A stretch of 64,000 nucleotides of DNA from assembly GCA_035286595.1 (NCBI GenBank), contig DATEDA010000118.1:1279-65278 (forward strand), read 5' to 3'. The number at the start of each line of letters is the position of its first letter. Position 1 is the first letter of the stretch. The notes under the pieces are model-generated. The model ran no database searches. It had not been told where the DNA came from and was given only the letters and a program-made list of their open reading frames with translations. Shown one piece after another: positions 54,545 through 64,000 of the stretch. The translations under genes were made by a program, and so were the position numbers. The stretch is from Burkholderiales bacterium (GTDB taxonomy: Bacteria > Pseudomonadota > Gammaproteobacteria > Burkholderiales > SG8-39).

Positions 54545-55834
54545 CTAGCGCGCCGCGAGCTTCGCGTTCGTCTGCGTCAGGCGCTCGATCAGGACCCGCA
54601 TGAAGGCCTTCTGGAAGCTCACCTGGCAGGCGGAGCTCGCGACCTTGAGCGCGATGGTCTTGATCTCGACCACGGTGATGTCGGTGGTCGACGTGATCGT
54701 CGTGGTCCGCTGCGCAACCTGGTCGCTGAAGTAGAGCAGCTCGCCGAAGCAGCCGCCGCGGCGGACCACGTTGATCGACTTGCCCTGGATCGAGACGTCC
54801 ACCTGGCCCTCGACGAGCAGGTAAAAGCTCTCCCCCGAGTCACCTTCCCGGATGATCATCGTCTTCCCCGGGATCGTCCGCCAGGTGCTGATGCGCAGCG
54901 CTTCCCACAGCGTCACGTCGTCGAAGTCCTCGAAGAAGACGAGCGTGCGCAGCTCGTTGAACTTCGCCGAGTCGGAGATCGTCTCGCCCGCGAGCCGCAG
55001 CGCGGTGAAGGCCTTGGAGAGGTCCTTGCCGAAGTCGATCCAGGTCGCGTAGCGGTCCGCCGGGTTCTTCTGCATCGCCTTCAGGCAGATCTCGTCGAGC
55101 AGCTCGGGCAGCTCCGGCCGGAGCTGCGACGGCGGGGGCGGGACGACGTTGAGGATCTCGTAGGTGAGCGAGAGCTGGTTCGACGCGTTGAACGGGAGCC
55201 GGCCGGTGAGCAGCTTGTACATCACGACGCCGAGCGAGTAGATGTCGGTGCGGTGCGTCACTTCTTCAAGGCGGATCTGCTCCGGCGACATGTAGGCCGG
55301 CGAGCCGATGCCGGTGAGCTGGGTCGTGTCCTGGGCGAGCGCTTCCTGGAACGAGGCGCCGAAGTCGCTGACCTTGATGTCGCCCTCGGGGCCGTAGAGG
55401 ATGTTCCCCGGCTTGATGTCGCGGTGGATGACCCCCAGCTGGAACGCGAAGTCGAGCGCGCGGATACACTTGAAGATGACCTCGACGAGCTTCGACAGCG
55501 GCAGGAGGCTGTCGATCTCGGCATAGGTCTCGAGCGTCGTGCCCTTGACGTACTCCATCACGATGTAGCTGTACTCCGGCTCGCTGACCGCGTCGTAGAT
55601 GGCGCAGATGTGGGGGTGGTTGAGCCGGCCGGCGAGCGCCGCCTCGGCGAGGAAGCCCTTGCGCAGGAGCTTCGCGGTCTGCTCGCTGACGCTCTCCTCG
55701 AAAAAGAACACCTTGATGGCGACGTCGCGGTCGGCGAACGGGTCGCGGCCGAGGTAGACCCGGCTCGTGGCGCCGCGCCCGATTTCCTGCGTAATCGGGT
55801 ACTTGCCGATGCGCCACTCGAGCTCGAACTTCAT
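54545..55834 (-). CDS. Hanks Ser/Thr kinase fused to a C-terminal cyclic-nucleotide-binding domain
   Basis: GRGATSRVY, AIKV, HRDIKPGNI, DFGAS, SPAYMSPE. The C-terminal cNMP fold carries GDSGESFYLLVEGQV...GGCFGELLYF...RTTT. Confidence 0.8.
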   Translation of the reverse strand: MKFELEWRIGKYPITQEIGRGATSRVYLGRDPFADRDVAIKVFFFEESVSEQTAKLLRKGFLAEAALAGRLNHPHICAIYDAVSEPEYSYIVMEYVKGTTLETYAEIDSLLPLSKLVEVIFKCIRALDFAFQLGVIHRDIKPGNILYGPEGDIKVSDFGASFQEALAQDTTQLTGIGSPAYMSPEQIRLEEVTHRTDIYSLGVVMYKLLTGRLPFNASNQLSLTYEILNVVPPPPSQLRPELPELLDEICLKAMQKNPADRYATWIDFGKDLSKAFTALRLAGETISDSAKFNELRTLVFFEDFDDVTLWEALRISTWRTIPGKTMIIREGDSGESFYLLVEGQVDVSIQGKSINVVRRGGCFGELLYFSDQVAQRTTTITSTTDITVVEIKTIALKVASSACQVSFQKAFMRVLIERLTQTNAKLAAR

Positions 55835-55911
55835 CGTCTTCCGGATGCGTGGGGGCGTCTGCGAATATACCTTCCCGGGGGCCGCGTGCAGCGGACCAAC
55901 TCCCTGGGCGG

Positions 55912-55940
55912 CTTGAAAAATCCGGCATTTGTCCGCATTT
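55912..55940 (+). promoter_or_regulatory. sigma-32 (RpoH)-like heat-shock promoter of clpB
   Basis: CTTGAAA (55912-55918), 14 nt, then CCGCATTT (55933-55940), compared with the consensus CTTGAAA-N13-15-CCCCATnT. Lies about 35 nt upstream of the clpB ATG. Confidence 0.45.
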
Positions 55941-55974
55941 GCCTGTCGACTTCGACGACACTTGAGGAGGCCCC

Positions 55975-58575
<2,601 letters not shown>

Positions 58576-58599
58576 CGCCGATCCTCAAGCCGCGGGCGT

Positions 58600-59181
58600 C
58601 TAGCGCCGGGCGGTGACCGACTGCGCGCGCCGGGACAGCTCGTCCCACAGCGTGTCGGTGTTCTTCCGGAAGATGGAGTCAGCGTCGGCCTTGACCGTCC
58701 ACCAGTCGCCCCGGGCGAGCTCGCCGTCGAGCTGACCCGGGGCCCAGCCGGCGTAGCCGACGAAGAGGCGCAGCGCCTCCGGCGGCTTGAGCAGCAGCTG
58801 CTCCACAGTGGCCGGCTGGAGGGCGAGGCGTACGTCCTCGATGACCGGGAACGACGGCCCGGGGTCCCCGGTCCCGCGAAATACCGCGAACAGCCCGGCG
58901 GGCTCGACCGGACCGCCGAAATAGAGCGGCGCGGTGAAGCGCGCCAGGCGCTCATTGCCCGGCAGGATCTCGGCGAGCGACTGCTTGGTCGGACGATTGA
59001 GGATCACCCCGAGGATCGCCCCGTCGGGTGCTTGCGTGACGAGCACGACCGTCCGCGAGAAATTGGGGTCGAGGATGGTCGGCTTGGCGACCAGGAACCC
59101 GCCGGCCGGCGCCTGCGCGACGGCAACTTGCGCCGCGGCCGCCAGGACCGCCGCGATCAGGATGCGTACCGGCCCGGACAA
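58600..59181 (-). CDS. YqgE/AlgH (DUF179)-family protein with a predicted signal peptide
   Basis: FLVAKPTILDPNFSRTVVLVTQ...GVILNRPT...YFGGPV...FVGYAGWAPGQLDGEL. The start is uncertain (TTG at 59181, no clear SD). Leader ...ILIAAVLAAAAQVAVAQA. Confidence 0.7.
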   Translation of the reverse strand: MSGPVRILIAAVLAAAAQVAVAQAPAGGFLVAKPTILDPNFSRTVVLVTQAPDGAILGVILNRPTKQSLAEILPGNERLARFTAPLYFGGPVEPAGLFAVFRGTGDPGPSFPVIEDVRLALQPATVEQLLLKPPEALRLFVGYAGWAPGQLDGELARGDWWTVKADADSIFRKNTDTLWDELSRRAQSVTARR

Positions 59182-59204
59182 CGCTATCGCGCGCGCGGGC
59201 GGCG

Positions 59205-59831
59205 TCAGTCGACCGCGCGTGCCGCGTCGTCCGCGGCGAGCGCGTTGATCTGGCGCGCCATCCGCAGCAGCTCTTCCCAGATGTGGTCGGTGTCCTTGCG
59301 GAAGACCGTGTTCGCGTCGGGGTTGAGGACGTACCACAGGCCGCGGTCGATCTCGCGCCGGAGCTCGCCCGGCCGCCAGCCGACGTAGCCGACGTAGAAG
59401 CGCGCGTCGGTCGGCCGGTCCTCGATGATCTTGTCGATCGTGTTGACGTTGATGGCGAGGTACAGGTTCGACATGATCAGGAGCGACCCGACACCGGGGC
59501 GCTCGCCGCGCACCACCGCGACCAGCGCGCTGGTCGAGAAGGGTCCCCCGAAAAAAACCGGCTCCACGACCTTCTTGGACGGCTCGTGCTCCGGGAAGAG
59601 GCTCGCGAGCGACCGCCGCGTCGGCTTGTTGATGATCACCCCGATGTGCCCACCGCTCGTGGTCGGCGACGCGATGAGTACCGTCTGGCGGTACTCGGGG
59701 TCTCGGAACCCCGGCGCCGCGACCAGGAACACCGTGGCCTCGGCGGGCGCCGGCGCCTGAGCGCGGGCCGGCTCGGCCAGGGCCGCCGCCAGGGCGAGCG
59801 CCCCGGCGAGCAGGCGGAGAAGCTCTTTCAT
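59205..59831 (-). CDS. YqgE/AlgH (DUF179)-family protein with a predicted signal peptide
   Basis: MKELLRLLAGALALAAALAEPARA leader, then FLVAAPGFRDPEYRQTVLIA...GVIINKPT...FFGGPF...YVGYVGWRPGELRREI. Confidence 0.8.
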   Translation of the reverse strand: MKELLRLLAGALALAAALAEPARAQAPAPAEATVFLVAAPGFRDPEYRQTVLIASPTTSGGHIGVIINKPTRRSLASLFPEHEPSKKVVEPVFFGGPFSTSALVAVVRGERPGVGSLLIMSNLYLAINVNTIDKIIEDRPTDARFYVGYVGWRPGELRREIDRGLWYVLNPDANTVFRKDTDHIWEELLRMARQINALAADDAARAVD

Positions 59832-59861
59832 CGAATCACCCCGAGCATCTGCAATCCACCG

Positions 59862-60470
59862 CTATTGTAATGGTAGCGAGACCAGCTCGGCATGACGAAA
59901 ACAATCCACCACGTGGTCGTTCACCATCCCGACGGCCTGCATGAAAGCGTAGCAGATCGTCGAGCCGACGAAACGAAAACCATTCCGTCGCAGGTCGCGG
60001 GACAGGGCATCTGACACGTCCGTCTGCGCCGGCACCCGGCGCGGCGTTCGCCAGCGGTTCTGGACCGGGTGGCCGTCCACGAAGCCCCAGAGGTAGGCGT
60101 CCAGGCTGCCGTGGTGCTCCCGCAGGTCGAGCGCCGCGCGGGCGTTTCCGATCGCGGCTTCGATCTTCAGCCGGTTGCGCACGATCCCGGGATCCCCCAT
60201 CAGCCGCTGGATCTGGCGTGCCCCGTAGCGTGCGATCCGCTCCGCGTCGAAGCCGTCGAACGCCCGGCGGTAGCCCTCGCGCTTGGCCAGGATGGTGGAC
60301 CACGACAGCCCGGCCTGGGCGCCTTCGAGGATCAGGAACTCGAACAGCCGCCGGTCGTCGTGGACCGGGACGCCCCACTCACCGTCATGGTAGCGGACGT
60401 ACTCGAGGCTGCCTAGGGACCAGGGGCAGCGCCGCCGGGAGTCGGGGAGAGCCAGGGTCCGGGCCGGCAC
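59862..60470 (-). CDS. tag: DNA-3-methyladenine glycosylase I
   Basis: YHDGEWGVP, FLILEGAQAGLSW, GFRFVGSTICYAFMQAVGMVNDH. GTG start. Confidence 0.85.
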   Translation of the reverse strand: MPARTLALPDSRRRCPWSLGSLEYVRYHDGEWGVPVHDDRRLFEFLILEGAQAGLSWSTILAKREGYRRAFDGFDAERIARYGARQIQRLMGDPGIVRNRLKIEAAIGNARAALDLREHHGSLDAYLWGFVDGHPVQNRWRTPRRVPAQTDVSDALSRDLRRNGFRFVGSTICYAFMQAVGMVNDHVVDCFRHAELVSLPLQ

Positions 60471-60479
60471 CGGGCCCGC

Positions 60480-60524
60480 TCAGGCCGTGAACGCCTGAAT
60501 GCCGGTCTGGGCGCGGCCCAGGAC
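60480..60524 (-). pseudogene. Relic 3' end of a second glutaryl-CoA dehydrogenase-like gene
   Basis: The reverse strand reads [14 protein letters not shown]-stop, against [13 protein letters not shown]-stop at the end of the intact gcdH 90 nt upstream. Most shared codons differ at synonymous positions, and there is no homology further 5'. Confidence 0.5.
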
Positions 60525-60613
60525 GCGAGCGGGGTTTCGGCGAGCACTGCTCGCCGCCGCGAGCGCCCGAGCGCCTGCAGGCGCGAAGGGGGCGCATCTC
60601 GACATCTGCGGGC

Positions 60614-61807
60614 TCACGAGAACGCCTGGATCCCCGTTTGCGCACGGCCGAGGATCAACGCATGGATGTCATGCGTGCCCTCGTACGTGTTCACCGTCTC
60701 GAGGTTGATCATGTGCCGGATGACGTGAAACTCGTCGGCGATGCCGTTGCCGCCGTGCATGTCGCGCGCGAGGCGGGCGATCTCGAGCGCCTTGCCGCAC
60801 GAGTTCCGCTTCACGAGGGAGACCATCTCCGGCACCGCACGCCCCGCGTCGCTGAGCCGGCCGACCCGGAGGACCGCCTGCAGGCCGATGGTGATCTCGG
60901 TCATCATGTTGGCGAGCTTGAGCTGGATGAGCTGGTTCGCGGCGAGCGGCCGGCCGAACTGGGTCCGATCGAGCACGTACTGGCGCGCGCGGTGCCAGCA
61001 GTCCTCGGCGGCGCCGAGCGCGCCCCAGGCGATGCCGTAGCGCGCCTTGTTGAGGCACCCGAACGGCCCCTTCAGCCCCGACACGTTCGGCAGGAGCTGC
61101 GCTTCGGGGACGAAGACGTCGTCCATGACGATCTCGCCGGTGACCGAGGCGCGCAAGCTCATCTTGCCTTCGATCTTCGGGGCCGAGAGCCCCTTCATCC
61201 CTTTCTCGAGGATGAAGCCGCGGATGACGCCGTCGTCGGTCTTGGCCCAGACGACGAACACGTCGGCGATCGGCGAGTTCGTGATCCACATCTTCGCGCC
61301 CTTGAGGACGTAGCCGCCGTCCGCTTTCCGGGCGCGCGTCTGCATCGAGCCGGGATCGGAGCCGTGGTTGGGCTCGGTGAGCCCGAAGCAGCCGACCCAC
61401 TCCCCCTTGGCGAGCTTCGGGAGGTACTTCCGGCGCTGCGCCTCGGTGCCGTAGGCGTGGATCGGGTGCATGACGAGCGAGCTCTGCACGCTCATCGCCG
61501 AGCGGTAGCCCGAGTCGACGCGCTCGACCTCGCGCGCGGTCAGCCCGTAGCTCACCTGGTTCACGCCGGCGCAGCCGTACCCGTCGATGGTCGAGCCGAG
61601 GAAGCCGAGCGCGCCCATCTCGTTCATGATCTCGCGGTCGAACTTCTCCTTGCGCGTCGCCTCCACCACGCGCGGCAGGAGCTTCTCCTGGCAGTACGCG
61701 CGGGCGGAGTCGCGCACCATGCGCTCCTCCTCGGTGAGCTGGTCCTCGAGCAGGAACGGGTCGTCCCAGCGGAACTCGGGCTTCGCTTTGGGCTCGGGCG
61801 CGTTCAT
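60614..61807 (-). CDS. gcdH: Glutaryl-CoA dehydrogenase
   Basis: 397 aa. [45 protein letters not shown]. Confidence 0.88.
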   Translation of the reverse strand: MNAPEPKAKPEFRWDDPFLLEDQLTEEERMVRDSARAYCQEKLLPRVVEATRKEKFDREIMNEMGALGFLGSTIDGYGCAGVNQVSYGLTAREVERVDSGYRSAMSVQSSLVMHPIHAYGTEAQRRKYLPKLAKGEWVGCFGLTEPNHGSDPGSMQTRARKADGGYVLKGAKMWITNSPIADVFVVWAKTDDGVIRGFILEKGMKGLSAPKIEGKMSLRASVTGEIVMDDVFVPEAQLLPNVSGLKGPFGCLNKARYGIAWGALGAAEDCWHRARQYVLDRTQFGRPLAANQLIQLKLANMMTEITIGLQAVLRVGRLSDAGRAVPEMVSLVKRNSCGKALEIARLARDMHGGNGIADEFHVIRHMINLETVNTYEGTHDIHALILGRAQTGIQAFS

Positions 61808-63333
61808 GACTGGGCCTCCGGATGGAGCAATGATAGTCCAAGGCGCGCGCGCCGCCTGAGCCACGGGCTCGCGCGGTAGCGCGGGTCGCCCGATGCGGCG
61901 AGCAGCGCTTCGAGGATCGCGGCCACGCGCCCCGCGCCGATCGCGTCGCCCCAGGCGAGCGGGCCCTTCGGGTAGCCGAGGCCCAGCGTCACCGCCAGGT
62001 CGAGGTCCGGCGGCGAGCAGATGCGCTGCTGGACGATGTCGCAGCCGATGTTGACGATGTGCGCGACCACCCGCTGCGCGACGAACCCCGGGCTGTCGCC
62101 GATGACCGAGACCGGCACGCCGTCGCGTGCGAAGAGCGCATGCGCGGCGTCGCGCATTGCGGCGGAGGTCGCGGGCGTGATCATCAGCGTGCGCCGCTTC
62201 GCGAGGCCGAACAGCGCGTCGATTGCGATGGTGCGCGTCGGATCGACGTTCTCCGCGAGCGCGACCGTCGTCGCGTCCTGGCCGAGCGGCGCGACCAGGA
62301 TCAGCGAATCGGGCCCGGGCCGATCGCCGCGGTCGAGCTGGGCGCCGAGCTTCGCGACCGTCGTGGCCGCCTCGTCGTGCAGCCCGTGGCGCGCGACCCA
62401 CACCTTGGGAACGTCGGCCCTCGGCACTGCGGGGACCGGCATCGGCTTCGCGGCGCCGCCGGCGTACTCGTAGAACCCGCGATTGCCGGACTTCCGGCCG
62501 AGCAGCCCGGCGACGAGACGCTGCGCGGTGAGCGGCGAGGGCCGGTAGCGCGGCTCCTGGTAGTACTGGTCGTAGATCGACTCCATCACCGGGTGGGAGA
62601 CGTCGAGCCCCGTGAGGTCGAACAGCTCGAACGGACCCATCCGGAACCCGGCGCAGTCCCTGAGAATGCGGTCGATCTCGTAGAACTCCGCGACCCCTTC
62701 GCGGAGGCAGGCGAGCGCCTCGGTGCCGAATCCGCGCCCGGCGTGGTTGACGATGAAGCCGGGGCTGTCCTTGGCGCGCACCGGCGTGTGGCCGCACCGC
62801 CGGGCGAAGCCGGTGAGGGCCTCGCACACCCACGGCGCCGTCATCACCCCGTCGATCACCTCCACCACCTTCATCAGCGGGACGGGGTTGAAGAAATGGA
62901 ACCCGGCGACGCGGTCCGGGCGCTTGCAGGCGGCCGCGATCGCGGTCACCTGCAGCGACGAGGTATTGGTCGCCAGGACGCACTCCTCGGCGACGACCGC
63001 CTCGAGGTGCTGGAACAGCTCCCGCTTCGCCTCGAGGTTCTCCGCGATCGCCTCGATGACGATCTGGCACGACGAGAGGTGCGTGAGAACGTGGGCGATG
63101 TCGAGCTGGCGCGTTGCCCGCGCCGCGGCTTCGGCCGGAATCCGGCCTTTCTCGACGAGCTTCCCGAGCGCGCTCGCGACGTAGTCCTTGGCCGCCGGCG
63201 CGGCGTCGGAGCGGGTGTCGTAGAGCACGACGCGGATCCCGGCCTGCGCCGCGACCTGCGCGATGCCGCGCCCCATGACGCCGGTCCCGACGATCCCGAG
63301 GGTGAGATCCGGACGCTCGCTGTCCAGAGGCAC
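61804..63333 (-). CDS. 3-hydroxyacyl-CoA dehydrogenase (long form with an extra C-terminal domain)
   Basis: Rossmann motif [36 protein letters not shown], and a repeated SPGFVAQR in the C-terminal domain. GTG start. The stop overlaps the gcdH ATG (ATGA). Confidence 0.82.
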   Translation of the reverse strand: MPLDSERPDLTLGIVGTGVMGRGIAQVAAQAGIRVVLYDTRSDAAPAAKDYVASALGKLVEKGRIPAEAAARATRQLDIAHVLTHLSSCQIVIEAIAENLEAKRELFQHLEAVVAEECVLATNTSSLQVTAIAAACKRPDRVAGFHFFNPVPLMKVVEVIDGVMTAPWVCEALTGFARRCGHTPVRAKDSPGFIVNHAGRGFGTEALACLREGVAEFYEIDRILRDCAGFRMGPFELFDLTGLDVSHPVMESIYDQYYQEPRYRPSPLTAQRLVAGLLGRKSGNRGFYEYAGGAAKPMPVPAVPRADVPKVWVARHGLHDEAATTVAKLGAQLDRGDRPGPDSLILVAPLGQDATTVALAENVDPTRTIAIDALFGLAKRRTLMITPATSAAMRDAAHALFARDGVPVSVIGDSPGFVAQRVVAHIVNIGCDIVQQRICSPPDLDLAVTLGLGYPKGPLAWGDAIGAGRVAAILEALLAASGDPRYRASPWLRRRARLGLSLLHPEAQS

Positions 63334-63579
63334 GATGTCGCTGTTTTCCGGCGGATGAGGCGCCCGAGCATTGTAGCGCCCCCCCGGCCGCGGCTGCCGC
63401 GCATTGACGCTCGCGCCCGTTTTCGGCACTCTTCGGCGCAAGCGTTTCGGCTTCGCACGCGAAGCCCGCGCCGGTGCGATTTCGAAAGAGGCCGTCGACG
63501 GCCCAGGCCCGTCCCTGCACGGGGTCATCGCCCGCACCGCGAGGAAGCGCGTTTTCACAGGAGAGAGGAGGGTATCCGG

Positions 63580-64000
63580 ATGTACACGCGGATCCTCATG
63601 GCCTACAACGGCACGCGCGAGGGCCGCGCCGCGCTGTTCGCCTGCGCCGAGATCGCGGCGTTCGGGAAGGCCGAGACGCATCTGCTCGCCGTCGCCAGCA
63701 TGCCCTCGAGCATGTTCCTCACCGAGGGTTTCCTCCCGGAGGAGCTGATCGAGGAGGAGAAGAAGCGGATGCAGGACGTGATGGACGAGGGCCTCGCCGC
63801 GCTCAAGGAGCGCGGCTTCTCGGTCTCCGGCCATCTCTCGGTCGGCGAGCCGGTCGAGGAGATCTGCCGTCTCGCGTCGGAGCTCAAGAGCGACCTCATC
63901 GTGGTCGGCCACCGGCAGAAGCAGTCGTTCGCCGCGCGCTGGTGGCGCGGCTCGGTCGGGGCCACGCTGCTCGACTACTCGCCCTGCAGCGTCCTGATCG
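63580..64000 (+). CDS. Universal stress protein, 3' end outside the window
   Basis: Absent from the track because there is no stop. ATG after GAGAGGAGG: [19 protein letters not shown]...[34 protein letters not shown]. Confidence 0.75.
   Translation, partial: MYTRILMAYNGTREGRAALFACAEIAAFGKAETHLLAVASMPSSMFLTEGFLPEELIEEEKKRMQDVMDEGLAALKERGFSVSGHLSVGEPVEEICRLASELKSDLIVVGHRQKQSFAARWWRGSVGATLLDYSPCSVLI

Overview
The window is a high-GC, densely coding chromosomal segment. Its gene content looks beta- or gammaproteobacterial, but that is inference only. By eye I found no rRNA, tRNA, CRISPR array, transposase or integrase. About 68 protein genes can be supported. Start codons are best guesses, checked only against the frames of the supplied ORF track.

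Main blocks:
1. A MoxR-DUF58-TgpA module, an HDAC-like amidohydrolase, selU/mnmH and tesA-ybbA-ybbP.
2. A membrane-anchored TAXI-type binding protein followed by a catalytic-domain-only Hanks kinase.
3. An alpha/beta-hydrolase::LuxR fusion, an acyl-CoA ligase and rmuC.
4. A large Mo/W-enzyme island.
   - moeA-mobA-fdhD-moaA runs divergent from a 10-gene operon.
   - The operon encodes DUF3305, DUF3306, a 694-aa polyferredoxin, a TorD-like chaperone, a 65-aa Tat peptide, and a Cys-type periplasmic formate dehydrogenase (FDH) alpha/beta/gamma with two extra small exported ORFs.
   - Downstream lie DUF1330, a MOT1-like transporter, a ModE-HTH::PBP regulator, tupBCA, fumA, arsR-arsI/arsC and mobB-moeA-moaD-moaE.
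5. A cation/proton antiporter-Usp-HAD block convergent with a complete nine-gene V/A-type ATPase operon in non-textbook order.
6. An acyl-CoA ligase, bdhA, a LysR regulator, a kinase::cNMP-binding fusion, clpB with a sigma-32-like promoter, two tandem signal-peptide-bearing YqgE/AlgH paralogues, tag, gcdH plus a 3-hydroxyacyl-CoA dehydrogenase, and a partial Usp gene.

The best candidate for an undescribed system is the DUF3305/DUF3306/polyferredoxin module chained to the FDH genes. The atypical V-ATPase is second. Many very long Arg/Ala/Pro-rich ORFs in the track are antisense artefacts of GC richness.
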